Below, one piece after another: positions 1 to 9,083 of a stretch of DNA of 64,000 nucleotides. The notes under the pieces are model-generated. The model made no database searches and was not told the DNA's origin. It saw only the letters and a list, made by a program, of their open reading frames with translations. The DNA lies in NCBI GenBank assembly GCA_947379755.1, contig CANCOC010000002.1:35169-99168 (forward strand). Direction: 5' to 3'. A program made the translations under genes and the position numbers. Numbering within the stretch: the first letter of the stretch is position 1; each line of letters opens with the position of its first letter. Source of the DNA: Alcaligenaceae bacterium (GTDB taxonomy: Bacteria > Pseudomonadota > Gammaproteobacteria > Burkholderiales > Burkholderiaceae_B).

Positions 1-1411
1 ACACGCCCAGTCGCTCAAAATCCTTTGCCTGACTGATCAGATTGCCTTTGCCATGGACGAGTTGTCCCATCGCCTGATCGTAAGACTCTCGTGCGCGATC
101 GAGTTGCCTGCCAACGCCTTCGAGACTACCTAAAAATGTCACCAGTTTTTTGTAGACTTTACCGGCACGATCGGCCAGCTCTGCTGTATGGGCATTTTGC
201 TCTTCAAAGCGCCAGAGTTGCCGCACGATATTCAGACTGGTCAGCAGCGTGGTAGGCGTGGCAACAAGAACATTCTGTTCGATCGCCTTCTGAAACAGAT
301 TTTCATCCGCTCGCAGGGCTTCGACAAACGCAGACTCGATCGGAATAAACATAAAGACCATTTCAGGCGTGTTCAGTCCTGGCAATTCAAAATACGATCG
401 ATTGGACAGCTCTTGAATACGGCTCCCAATTGCAGCGACGTGTTCGCGCAACGCAAACTCACGATCAATGTCATTTTCGGCATTCACATACCGGGTGTAG
501 GCATTGAGCGAGACCTTGGCATCGACCACAAGATGTTTATTCTGAGGCAGATAAATAATGACATCGGGTCGCTTGCGTCCGTCTTCAGTATTAAAACTCA
601 CCTCTCGTTTAAAGTCGGCCCCCTCCCGCAAGCCCGAGCGGTCCAGCACATTGCCCAGAATCAATTCTCCCCAGTTACCCTGTTTTTTGGCCTGGCCTTT
701 AAGCGCAGTGGCCAGATCGTGCGCCTCTGCCGTCATTTTCAGATTCAGGTCTTTCAGTTGAGAGAGCTCGGCCTTGAGTGTGGCTTGCTGAGCGGTATCC
801 TGATTATGAATTTCTTCAACCTTGGATTTGAATTCAGCAATACGCTCTTTCAGTGGATGCAGCAACTGACCAATGTTTGTCTGGTTCTGTTCAGTAAAAC
901 GTTTGGATTTTTCCTCGAGAATATCGTTTGCCAGGCTTTTAAACTGGTTTGAAAGTGCCTCTTTCGCGTCGGTGAGAATCGCCAGATTATCTTTAGCTTT
1001 TGACATTTCAGCACTTAATCTGGTGTTGACGTGCGCAAGTTCAGCGTGCAGCTGACTGACGTCTGCTTCGGACTTTTCCCGCTGTGTTTTTTCAGCCTGC
1101 CAGTCAATTCGGGTCTGCATCAGCGACTCACGCTCAGCTTTAATTTCGGCCTGCAAGCCACTGGCCGTCTCGCGCAATTCACCCGATTGCTGACGCGCCT
1201 GGATCAGATCCTGTTCCAGCATATGTACTTTCTGCTCAAGCACAGGAATCCGACTTGCACGCTCACGCTCGATTGCCAGCTCGACTGCCAGCTCCAGACT
1301 GCCCTGCTCTCGCGCGGCACGCACACGTCCTCGCATGCTCAGCCAGGCAACCAGACCTCCCAACGCGATCCCGATAACAACTGCGACAATATAAAAGCTT
1401 TCGATATTCAA
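1..1411 (-). CDS. rmuC: DNA recombination protein RmuC (3' end runs off the window)
   Basis: Absent from the ORF track because it has no stop in the window. Manual translation from TTG at 1411 gives an N-terminal TM (FYIVAVVIGIALGGLVAWL), a long coiled coil, then QGNWGELIL, RPDVIIYLPQNKHLVVDAKVSL, FMFIPIE and LVATPTTLL motifs. Confidence 0.92.
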   Translation of the reverse strand, partial: MNIESFYIVAVVIGIALGGLVAWLSMRGRVRAAREQGSLELAVELAIERERASRIPVLEQKVHMLEQDLIQARQQSGELRETASGLQAEIKAERESLMQTRIDWQAEKTQREKSEADVSQLHAELAHVNTRLSAEMSKAKDNLAILTDAKEALSNQFKSLANDILEEKSKRFTEQNQTNIGQLLHPLKERIAEFKSKVEEIHNQDTAQQATLKAELSQLKDLNLKMTAEAHDLATALKGQAKKQGNWGELILGNVLDRSGLREGADFKREVSFNTEDGRKRPDVIIYLPQNKHLVVDAKVSLNAYTRYVNAENDIDREFALREHVAAIGSRIQELSNRSYFELPGLNTPEMVFMFIPIESAFVEALRADENLFQKAIEQNVLVATPTTLLTSLNIVRQLWRFEEQNAHTAELADRAGKVYKKLVTFLGSLEGVGRQLDRARESYDQAMGQLVHGKGNLISQAKDFERLGV

Positions 1412-1535
1412 AGTTCAACCCTGGTGAATGGATGCACCGACCTGTATCAGGCAGGAAACTGATCCGGAATATACTGCTGGCTGCAGTCAGATTCAGACTG
1501 AATATTAATCCCCATCCCCTTTAAAGGACACTCAA

Positions 1536-1883
1536 GTGAGCGAACTCCAAAAAATTGACCACACCATTGGTACGGGCGCCGAAGCCGTGACTGGTTCTGA
1601 CGTATCTGTCCATTACACCGGATGGTTGTTTGATGCAGCGGCACCTGAACAAAAAGGTACAAAATTTGACAGTTCAAAAGATCGCGGTCAACTGTTCAGC
1701 TTCCCACTGGGTGCTGGCCATGTCATTCGCGGCTGGGATGAAGGCGTGGCAGGCATGAAGGTTGGTGGTGCACGCACTCTGATTATCCCCTCAGAAATGG
1801 GCTATGGCGAACGCGGTGCGGGCGGTGTGATTCCTCCCAACGCAACGCTTGTATTCGAAGTCGAACTGCATGGCATCGAATAA
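1536..1883 (+). CDS. FKBP-type peptidyl-prolyl cis-trans isomerase
   Basis: [36 protein letters not shown] and [13 protein letters not shown] motifs. Confidence 0.97.
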   Translation: MSELQKIDHTIGTGAEAVTGSDVSVHYTGWLFDAAAPEQKGTKFDSSKDRGQLFSFPLGAGHVIRGWDEGVAGMKVGGARTLIIPSEMGYGERGAGGVIPPNATLVFEVELHGIE

Positions 1884-1951
1884 ATCCAGAGTATTTTGCT
1901 GAAGCACTGCTGGCGGTTTAAGCAGTGAATGTGCTTCGTTGATCTGAATGG

Positions 1952-1978
1952 GGCCACGATTTTGATCGTGGCCTTTTT
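1952..1978 (+). terminator. Rho-independent terminator after the FKBP gene
   Basis: GGCCACGAT-tttg-ATCGTGGCC followed by TTTTT. Confidence 0.85.
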
Positions 1979-2060
1979 CTATTCGGCACAACAATGGTCA
2001 TATCCTGCCCGCCTCATTGGGTCACTGTCAGAACATATCAACGTAAAAAATAGGCCAGCT

Positions 2061-2100
2061 TGATAATGATAATGATTCGCATTACAATTGATAATCATTC
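2061..2100 (+). promoter_or_regulatory. Fur box(es) upstream of tonB-exbB-exbD-exbD
   Basis: GATAATGATAATGATTCGC (2062-2080) is close to the consensus GATAATGATAATCATTATC; a second partial site TTGATAATCATTC follows. Confidence 0.88.
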
Positions 2101-2186
2101 TGACAGACGTTGTGCTGTTTCAGTAGCGAGGTGCTCAGGCATCTTGGCAGTGAGCCTCACGTTTTATTCGACACACGGAGAGAGGG

Positions 2187-3002
2187 TTGATTCGGATCAA
2201 AAATCATGCAATGCCCCGCAACGCACACCACATCGCAAATCTTTCCGCATCACGCAACACGCCCGGTATTTACCTGAGCAGCATGAGCGCCGTCATACTG
2301 CTCCATGGACTCGTTTTGTGGGCGACGCTCCACACTTCCGAAGTCAAGAGTGCCATCGCCTCTGAGGCGAACATGTTGACGGCAGTCTTGATCTCGAGTC
2401 CTTCTTCCATGACTCAGCAGCAACGCGTCGTCACCGAATCACGTCCTCCGGTTGTAGCCTTCGAACCTGAAATTATTCCGCAGCGCACTCCAGAACCTGT
2501 GCCAGAACCTGCTCTGGCAACGCGCCCCAGCAATAAGGTCCATCAGGCCGCACACGTACCGGCAAAAGCATCTGCACGCACTCCGCCACCCGCCCCTAAA
2601 AACCCACCTGCCCGAGCAAGCAATCAGTCCTCACACTCTCAGTATGCCGCATTGTCAACCAATGACCTCCCTGCTTCACATTCCGAGATGAAATTACAGG
2701 CACCAGGTCACGCCAACGCACGCGCACGGGCACCCGTGATGCAGGCGGGACATCACTGCCCAAAACCTGAATATCCAAAGATCTCGCGTCGACTTATGGA
2801 ACAAGGCGTCGTGACCTTGAGATTTCTTCTCAGCCACGATGGTGAAGTGCTGCAAAGCGAAATCGAACAAACGTCCGGCTTCAGTCGCCTTGACATTGCG
2901 GCCCGCAATGCGCTTGGCAGATGTCAGTTCAGATCATCAGCAAGTGATCGCTCTGCAAAACCCGTCTGGGCCCTGATCCATTATTCCTGGCAACTTAAAT
3001 AA
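2187..3002 (+). CDS. tonB: TonB family energy transducer
   Basis: N-terminal TM with SxxxH, Pro-rich linker, C-terminal PEYPKISRRLMEQGVVTLRFL...SGFSRLD TonB_C domain. Confidence 0.92.
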   Translation: MIRIKNHAMPRNAHHIANLSASRNTPGIYLSSMSAVILLHGLVLWATLHTSEVKSAIASEANMLTAVLISSPSSMTQQQRVVTESRPPVVAFEPEIIPQRTPEPVPEPALATRPSNKVHQAAHVPAKASARTPPPAPKNPPARASNQSSHSQYAALSTNDLPASHSEMKLQAPGHANARARAPVMQAGHHCPKPEYPKISRRLMEQGVVTLRFLLSHDGEVLQSEIEQTSGFSRLDIAARNALGRCQFRSSASDRSAKPVWALIHYSWQLK

Positions 3003-3007
3003 GGGGC

Positions 3008-3766
3008 ATGACCCCGCTTCTAAAGATGATCAAAAATCGAACTGTATGCATCATGATGTCGTTTATCGCAGGACTAGTCATACCTGACTGCCGGGCAGAG
3101 AACTTACTCCAAACAAATCCCTACGGTATGAACGCAATCTGGGAACAAGGTGACTGGGTTGCAAAAACCACGCTGCTCGTTCTTATGGCAATGAGCATGG
3201 CAAGCTGGTTCACCATCGTGACACAGTTATACAAACAACACCGAATGATGCGAGCCTCCCGATTGACGCGTACAACATTCTGGTGCGCAGAGAGCGTCAA
3301 TCAGGGCGCGCAGGCACTCGCAGCTGGCAGTCCCTTTCGCCTGATTGCTGAAAAAGGAATCGAAGGAGCCAATCAGCATGATGGACTCTCAGCATCCATA
3401 GATTTCAACAGCTGGGTAATGATGAGTATTCAGCGTGCAATGGGGCAGGTGCAAAATCGTATGCATGATGGGCTTGCACTACTGGCAACAGTTGGCTCAA
3501 CGGCTCCGTTCGTTGGACTATTTGGCACAGTGTGGGGCATTTATCATGCACTGGTCAAAATTGGTACCTCAGGTCAGGCCAGCATCGACAAAGTTGCAGG
3601 TCCAGTTGGAGAGTCACTGATCATGACGGCAATTGGCCTGGCAGTCGCTGTTCCTGCCGTGCTTGGATACAACTGGCTTGTTCGTCGCAATAAAACCGCG
3701 ATGGAGAATATTCACGATTTTGGTGCAGACCTGCATGCTGTACTACTGGCCTCTGGTAAAAAATAA
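3008..3766 (+). CDS. exbB: MotA/TolQ/ExbB proton channel protein
   Basis: LATVGSTAPFVGLFGTVWGI and ESLIMTAIGLAVAVPA motifs. Confidence 0.95.
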   Translation: MTPLLKMIKNRTVCIMMSFIAGLVIPDCRAENLLQTNPYGMNAIWEQGDWVAKTTLLVLMAMSMASWFTIVTQLYKQHRMMRASRLTRTTFWCAESVNQGAQALAAGSPFRLIAEKGIEGANQHDGLSASIDFNSWVMMSIQRAMGQVQNRMHDGLALLATVGSTAPFVGLFGTVWGIYHALVKIGTSGQASIDKVAGPVGESLIMTAIGLAVAVPAVLGYNWLVRRNKTAMENIHDFGADLHAVLLASGKK

Positions 3767-3782
3767 TTACAGGGGTTCAACC

Positions 3783-4214
3783 ATGGCAGTACTCATGCAC
3801 ACATACGATCGCGCAGAGGATCTGCACACCGCGATCAATACGACGCCACTTGTAGATGTGATGATGGTCTTGTTGATTATTTTTTTAATCACAATGCCTG
3901 CGATCACAACATCCCTGATTATCGATCTTCCAGATGAGCGTCAACAAATCAATGAAATTAAACCTGAACACATATTATTGAGCATCGATCTGCAGGGGAA
4001 CATTTATTTGTTTGATCGGCGCATAACAGATAAAGAAGATCTAAGACAAAAAATACACGTACTTTCTAATCAGGAGCCGCCGCCTTCAGTGCAGATTTTT
4101 GCAGATGCGGCAACAAAGTTTGAATCTATTGGAATGGTATTGCAGATGTTAAAAAGTGCGGGGCTCACTATCGTACATTTTGTCACCGAACCAGAGTCTG
4201 ACTCCTCATCATGA
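3783..4214 (+). CDS. exbD: ExbD/TolR family protein
   Basis: INTTPLVDVMMVLLIIF motif; start moved to ATG 3783. Confidence 0.93.
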   Translation: MAVLMHTYDRAEDLHTAINTTPLVDVMMVLLIIFLITMPAITTSLIIDLPDERQQINEIKPEHILLSIDLQGNIYLFDRRITDKEDLRQKIHVLSNQEPPPSVQIFADAATKFESIGMVLQMLKSAGLTIVHFVTEPESDSSS

Positions 4215-4645
4215 AACTTTCGACATCTTTTTGGTCTCATCACCCTGAGCCAGAACACATGATGGAAATCAATACAACGCCATTGATTGACATCATGCTC
4301 GTTCTCCTGATCATGTTAATTATTACGATTCAGCAGCCACTTCACTCGGTCAAACTTGCTCTCCCACAAAACACCCTTCCCGCTCATCAAGCGCGACCAG
4401 TCTTGATCCGAATAGAAGTCGACCAGCACAACACGGTCAGTGTGGATGGAGCACCCATGCCTAACACCATCGCGACCGATCAAGCATTCCTTGAAATTGC
4501 AAAAAAATCGCCACAGCCGGAATTACACCTTCAGGTACATCCGCTTGCGCGTTACGACACAATGCTCAAGCTACTTGCACAGTCGCAACGTCATGGTTTA
4601 CATAAATTGGGGATTTTAGAAAACCTTCCGATTTCTGATGAGTAA
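4211..4645 (+). CDS. exbD: ExbD/TolR family protein (second copy)
   Basis: INTTPLIDIMLVLLIML motif; ATGA overlap with the first exbD. Confidence 0.93.
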   Translation: MKLSTSFWSHHPEPEHMMEINTTPLIDIMLVLLIMLIITIQQPLHSVKLALPQNTLPAHQARPVLIRIEVDQHNTVSVDGAPMPNTIATDQAFLEIAKKSPQPELHLQVHPLARYDTMLKLLAQSQRHGLHKLGILENLPISDE

Positions 4646-4671
4646 AATGCATACTTGGATATGGCAGCGCT

Positions 4672-4700
4672 ACATCATTCAAAGCCACATCATTCAAAGC
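4672..4700. repeat. Direct repeat ACATCATTCAAAGC x2 (15-nt period), intergenic
   Basis: Exact 14-nt copies at 4672-4685 and 4687-4700. Confidence 0.9.
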
Positions 4701-4795
4701 AATTCTGGCATGTTTATTGCTTATAAAATTTACTTTTAAATCAATCGCAGATATTTTCCAAGTTTTACAAACTCCCAAAATATTGGAGCAATTAC

Positions 4796-5596
4796 ATGTT
4801 TTTACAAATTCGACGTCGTGCCATCATTGCAGCCTGTACCCTGGGAATGAGTTTCGCAGCCCTAAGCGGTGCCCAGGCACAGAATGCTCTGGCTGACATC
4901 ATGGCAGCCAAAGTCATCAAGATTGGCATTCCTACAGACTTTCCTCCTTACGGTTTTGTCGGTCCAGACCTTCAACCACAAGGTCTGGATGTTGAAATGG
5001 GCAAATATATTGGTGAAAAACTTGGACTCAAAGTCGAACTGATCCCTGTCACATCCCCCAACCGCATCCCCTACCTCCAGACAAAACGTGCAGATCTGAT
5101 CATTTCAACACTTGGCAAAAGCCCTGAGCGTGAAAAAGTCATTGATTTCACCGCTGCATACGCACCGTTCTTCAGTGCAGTCTATGGACCTAAAACCCTT
5201 TCAATCAAAAGCTTTGCTGATCTGTCAGGCAAATCAGTCAGCGTGACACGTGGTGCCTTTGAAGATACAGATGTCACCAAAATGGCACCGCCAGATACAG
5301 ACATTAAGCGTTTTGAAGACAACAACGCGACCGTATCAGCATTTGTGTCCGGTCAGGCGAACCTGATTGCAACCGGAGCTCCTGTTGCCGAAAGCATGAT
5401 GCAGCGCAACCCACAACTGGGCACGGAATACAAACTCCTGACAAGGCTGAGTGGTTGTTACATTGGGGTGCCAAAGGGTGAAGATGCCTTACGTACCAAA
5501 ATCAACGAAATCATTGCTACCGGGATCCAGAATGGTGATCTCGAAAAGCTATCTCAAAAATGGCTAAAGCGTGGATTAGGCGACTTGCCTGGTTAA
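4796..5596 (+). CDS. Polar amino-acid ABC transporter substrate-binding protein (orphan)
   Basis: Signal peptide; IGIPTDFPPYG, GLDVEMG, RIPYLQTKRADLI, IDFTAAY (SBP_bac_3 pattern). Confidence 0.92.
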   Translation: MFLQIRRRAIIAACTLGMSFAALSGAQAQNALADIMAAKVIKIGIPTDFPPYGFVGPDLQPQGLDVEMGKYIGEKLGLKVELIPVTSPNRIPYLQTKRADLIISTLGKSPEREKVIDFTAAYAPFFSAVYGPKTLSIKSFADLSGKSVSVTRGAFEDTDVTKMAPPDTDIKRFEDNNATVSAFVSGQANLIATGAPVAESMMQRNPQLGTEYKLLTRLSGCYIGVPKGEDALRTKINEIIATGIQNGDLEKLSQKWLKRGLGDLPG

Positions 5597-5803
5597 TGTT
5601 TATCCCGAGTGACAAAAAGTCACTCAGGAGCGACAAAAGCTCGCACTTAATCACTCAATCTCTGGAAAATTCTCAAATTCATGAGAATTCCCCGTGGCTA
5701 GCGTCTACAATTGGCGCCAGCCACGTGTCTAAAATCTCAGCAACAGGCTGGGATTTTTTCTTTTTACACTGGGGATTCCTTTACATATTGCCGAGCATTC
5801 ACG

Positions 5804-7105
5804 ATGACCGACTTGGATCAAGATAATCAGATCAATATTTTCCGATTCCTCCCGTGGATTGGTTTGTTATTTGTAATCGGTATGCTTGCAGCAGTCATTC
5901 TGAACATTCCTCCCAGAAGCATCACAATTGAGGGCGGACCCAAGGGCGGTTTTTTTGATACGACTGCTTTGTTCCTGAAAGAAAAGCTAAAAGAAGACGG
6001 CATTACTGTCAACGTCATCAATAACGAACAAACACTAAAAATCATCCAGAACGTTGACGATACGAAGTCGAATGTTGACATAGGCTTTATTGCGCATGAA
6101 GTTCCTCCCAACAAGTACAAAAATATTATGTCGCTGGGCTCCATCACCATGGACCCTCTTTTTATCTATCTCAGGCCCGGACTGAACATTTCCTCACCAA
6201 AAGAGTTTGTCGGTTTAAGGCTGGGTATCAGTCCTGTGAATACAGGCGCGAGAATTGTCACAGACGCAATACTTGATTTATACGACATCGATGGCAGCAA
6301 AGCCACTTTTGTGCCGTTGTCCTTAATGGATATGGCTGCTGCGATTGAAAAAGGCTCCATTGATGTAGCGTTTTTTTTACAACCCACGAACAATAAAGTA
6401 GTTGCACGCCTGGGAGAGTCAGGCACCGTCAAGTTAATGTCACTGGATCGCGTTGAAGCCATCACAAAAAAATACGGCTATTTGCACCACCTGACCATCG
6501 AGCCTGGTGCATTCAGTCTGGAAAAAGACTTGCCCGAGACTTCAATTGAAATGCTGGGTGTGCCTGTCACCGTGATTGCAAAAGACACTATGCACCCTGC
6601 CATTGTCACTGCTGTCAGCCTGGCCCTCAAGGACGCGTTTAGAGCACCCACACTTGTGACCAAGCGTGGTGCATTTCCGACCATGGATTATGAACGCGAT
6701 CTCGATATCGACCAGGATGCTGAAAAAATCTACAAAAACGGAACCGGCTATATCCCACCTCTTTATAAAGTACTGAACTTCTGGGTAGCTGGAGTCCTCG
6801 ACAAAATTCTCTTGCTGTTGAGCTTTTTATTGAGCGCCTCAATCGTATTCAGTTTTATTGGGTTCCCCTCGCCGTATCACATCTGGACGAACAGCGCCTC
6901 TGAACGATATCTGGTCACACTTGAATCTCTGTACAAAAAAGCGCAAAAACAACCGCTGACAGATAAAGAACTCGAAAGAATCAAAAAAATACGTGCCTAT
7001 TTTGATGAGGGCAACCATGCCAGCATCAAGGCCACAAAATTAATTACACACATCACATCCAGACAAGCTGAAATATCTACTTCGAAGAAAAGAAAATCAG
7101 CTTAA
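5804..7105 (+). CDS. TAXI-family (TRAP-type) solute-binding-like protein with N- and C-terminal TM segments
   Basis: GGPKGGFFD, TLKIIQNV, DIGFIA, SLGSITMDPLFI and LGISPVNTGA match TAXI SBPs; second hydrophobic helix KILLLLSFLLSASIVFSFIGF; start moved to ATG 5804. Confidence 0.78.
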   Translation: MTDLDQDNQINIFRFLPWIGLLFVIGMLAAVILNIPPRSITIEGGPKGGFFDTTALFLKEKLKEDGITVNVINNEQTLKIIQNVDDTKSNVDIGFIAHEVPPNKYKNIMSLGSITMDPLFIYLRPGLNISSPKEFVGLRLGISPVNTGARIVTDAILDLYDIDGSKATFVPLSLMDMAAAIEKGSIDVAFFLQPTNNKVVARLGESGTVKLMSLDRVEAITKKYGYLHHLTIEPGAFSLEKDLPETSIEMLGVPVTVIAKDTMHPAIVTAVSLALKDAFRAPTLVTKRGAFPTMDYERDLDIDQDAEKIYKNGTGYIPPLYKVLNFWVAGVLDKILLLLSFLLSASIVFSFIGFPSPYHIWTNSASERYLVTLESLYKKAQKQPLTDKELERIKKIRAYFDEGNHASIKATKLITHITSRQAEISTSKKRKSA

Positions 7106-7141
7106 TCAGATGGACTGTATCAATAACTTCTAGACTGAAAA

Positions 7142-8107
7142 ATGAAAATTCTGTTTTGTACTAAAAATGATATTTTCGGTGCCACGATTCTGAACTTCAT
7201 TTTGCCCAGACTTGCCCACCATCAAGTGAGAGTTTTACTCTCAGACAAGACACGGTCAGAAGAAAACAAAGTACCAGAACTCGTCGAAGAAAAATTTTTG
7301 GAACGGGATTTTCCTCTGAATGTTCTTTTTCCATTCATTGATGCAGCAGCCCCCATCACTGGACCGCTGCTGACATTTGAAGGCTGCGCACAAAAGTACG
7401 GAGTTGATATCCAGACAACGGTCAATATCAATGAACTCAAAAGCGAACAGATGATTGCCAACTGGGCACCTGACGTGATTGTGTCGGCACGATTCAGCCT
7501 GATTTTCAAAAAAAATATCGAAGCCATCCCTCGTCACGGTATCTTTAATATTCACCCGGGTGCCTTGCCTGGCTATGCGGGATTGTGTGCTCCGCTCAGG
7601 GGACTGCTCAATGCCGACAGTCAATTAGGCTGCACACTGCACAAAGTGGATATGGGTATAGACACCGGCCCCATCCACTCTGTTTCCTATATGCCAGCAT
7701 CACCTGAAAAATCAGTTTTCAGCCATATTTCAAACCTGTATGAAATGGGACTGACCCGGCTCATTGATTTGCTCAGGGAAATTGACTCTGGCCACCCACC
7801 TGTTCTGCAGCATCAGGATCCCGCAGACTTCAGATACTACCGCCTGCCTGGTGAGGAAGTTTTTGCAGAGCTTGCACAAAAAAATATCAAACCCGTTGCC
7901 TTTGATATTTACAGTCAGTTAGTTAAAAAGTTCTGTCCTGAAACCTTGTTGACGCAGATCGCCGCGTTATTGAATCCTGCAGCCCTGGCTCAACTCACAG
8001 ACTCTATCCATACCCATGGTATTGATGGCGCAGTCGGACACTACCGTGATGCGATTCATGCAGAGCTCAGCCTTAGTGAACAATCTCAGCCACTTTCAGC
8101 ACTCTGA
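7142..8107 (+). CDS. Formyltransferase-family protein (Fmt-like N-terminal domain)
   Basis: FNIHPGALPGYAGLCAP and GCTLHKVDMGIDTGPI folate-binding/catalytic motifs. Confidence 0.85.
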   Translation: MKILFCTKNDIFGATILNFILPRLAHHQVRVLLSDKTRSEENKVPELVEEKFLERDFPLNVLFPFIDAAAPITGPLLTFEGCAQKYGVDIQTTVNINELKSEQMIANWAPDVIVSARFSLIFKKNIEAIPRHGIFNIHPGALPGYAGLCAPLRGLLNADSQLGCTLHKVDMGIDTGPIHSVSYMPASPEKSVFSHISNLYEMGLTRLIDLLREIDSGHPPVLQHQDPADFRYYRLPGEEVFAELAQKNIKPVAFDIYSQLVKKFCPETLLTQIAALLNPAALAQLTDSIHTHGIDGAVGHYRDAIHAELSLSEQSQPLSAL

Positions 8108-9083
8108 TTGGCGGATAGTTCTTTAGTTCTGTTGCAACGCGCATGTTCACCACAAGTGAGAAGCCTGGTGGTGCAACAATCGGAATATCCTTGGGACTGG
8201 CTTTTTTGGTCAGAATGAGTTCAGCCTTGGAAGCCGTCAGTTGCCCGACTGTGTAATAGTGGTTCACCACACCGAACAATGCATCGGCTTCTTGCACAAC
8301 AGACTCTGATGTCGCAAGTACCGGCAAATGAAGATCCACGGCAGTCCGTGTGATCACAGCACGATTCAAAAGCAAAAAAGTATCAGGAGCAAAGTAGAGA
8401 AAATCAATCTTTTCTTTTGCAAGAGACTGAACGATGCCTGGCAGGCTCGATGCATCAGGCTTACCTGCCTGATCCAGCGGAACGACACGCTCGATCAATT
8501 CAAAACCGTATTTTTTTTGTGCGGCGCGCAGCTCATCCAGTACGACCTGAGAATTATTTTCAAGTGGATTTAGAATAAAGCCCACACGCTTGAAAGGCAT
8601 ATACAGTCTGGCAACATTTAGCTGCGTATCAACAGGAACAATATAAAGCGTTCCGCTGGCATTGCGCCCCGGAGAGGAGAGGCTTTTTACCAGGCCGGAA
8701 CCAACAGGCGTTGAGGCAATCATGAACAGTGCCGGGATATCCGTCACATATTTAGCCGGATTGGGATGATCAATCGTACCCAGCATTTCGAGAGAAACAG
8801 AAGTGCCCCACGTCACGAGGAGATCGGGCTTGCTGGCTTTAACCCTGGCGATAAAACCCGGTATCTTTTTGATGTCTGTCTGTACGTCAAGAATCTCAAT
8901 CTCAACAGGAATCTTGCGATCCACCCAGTAATCTTTAAAACCCTGACAGGCCTGCTCACATCCTCGATAAACCACCATCGTGATGCGAAAGGGTTTGACG
9001 TCTGCGGCCTGGACAACAGAAAAGGGACCGGCAACCAGGAAACATTGCAACGCCAGGCGTAAACCAATAAAAAATTTAACCAT
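8073..9083 (-). CDS. ABC_sub_bind-type periplasmic substrate-binding protein
   Basis: Signal peptide; DLLVTWGT, NASGT, GFILNPLENNS, YYTVGQLTASKAELIL and LVVNMRVATEL motifs; ATG 9083 overlaps the upstream stop. Confidence 0.85.
   Translation of the reverse strand: MVKFFIGLRLALQCFLVAGPFSVVQAADVKPFRITMVVYRGCEQACQGFKDYWVDRKIPVEIEILDVQTDIKKIPGFIARVKASKPDLLVTWGTSVSLEMLGTIDHPNPAKYVTDIPALFMIASTPVGSGLVKSLSSPGRNASGTLYIVPVDTQLNVARLYMPFKRVGFILNPLENNSQVVLDELRAAQKKYGFELIERVVPLDQAGKPDASSLPGIVQSLAKEKIDFLYFAPDTFLLLNRAVITRTAVDLHLPVLATSESVVQEADALFGVVNHYYTVGQLTASKAELILTKKASPKDIPIVAPPGFSLVVNMRVATELKNYPPIRVLKVAEIVH

Noticed and set aside
600-640. Possible frameshift in the C-run within rmuC
   Set aside because: Manual translation reads RSGLREGADFKRE in frame, so the gene is intact.
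188-1462. Plus-strand ORFs 188-952 and 1031-1462
   Set aside because: They are antisense shadows of rmuC, which is missing from the ORF track only because it lacks a stop in the window.
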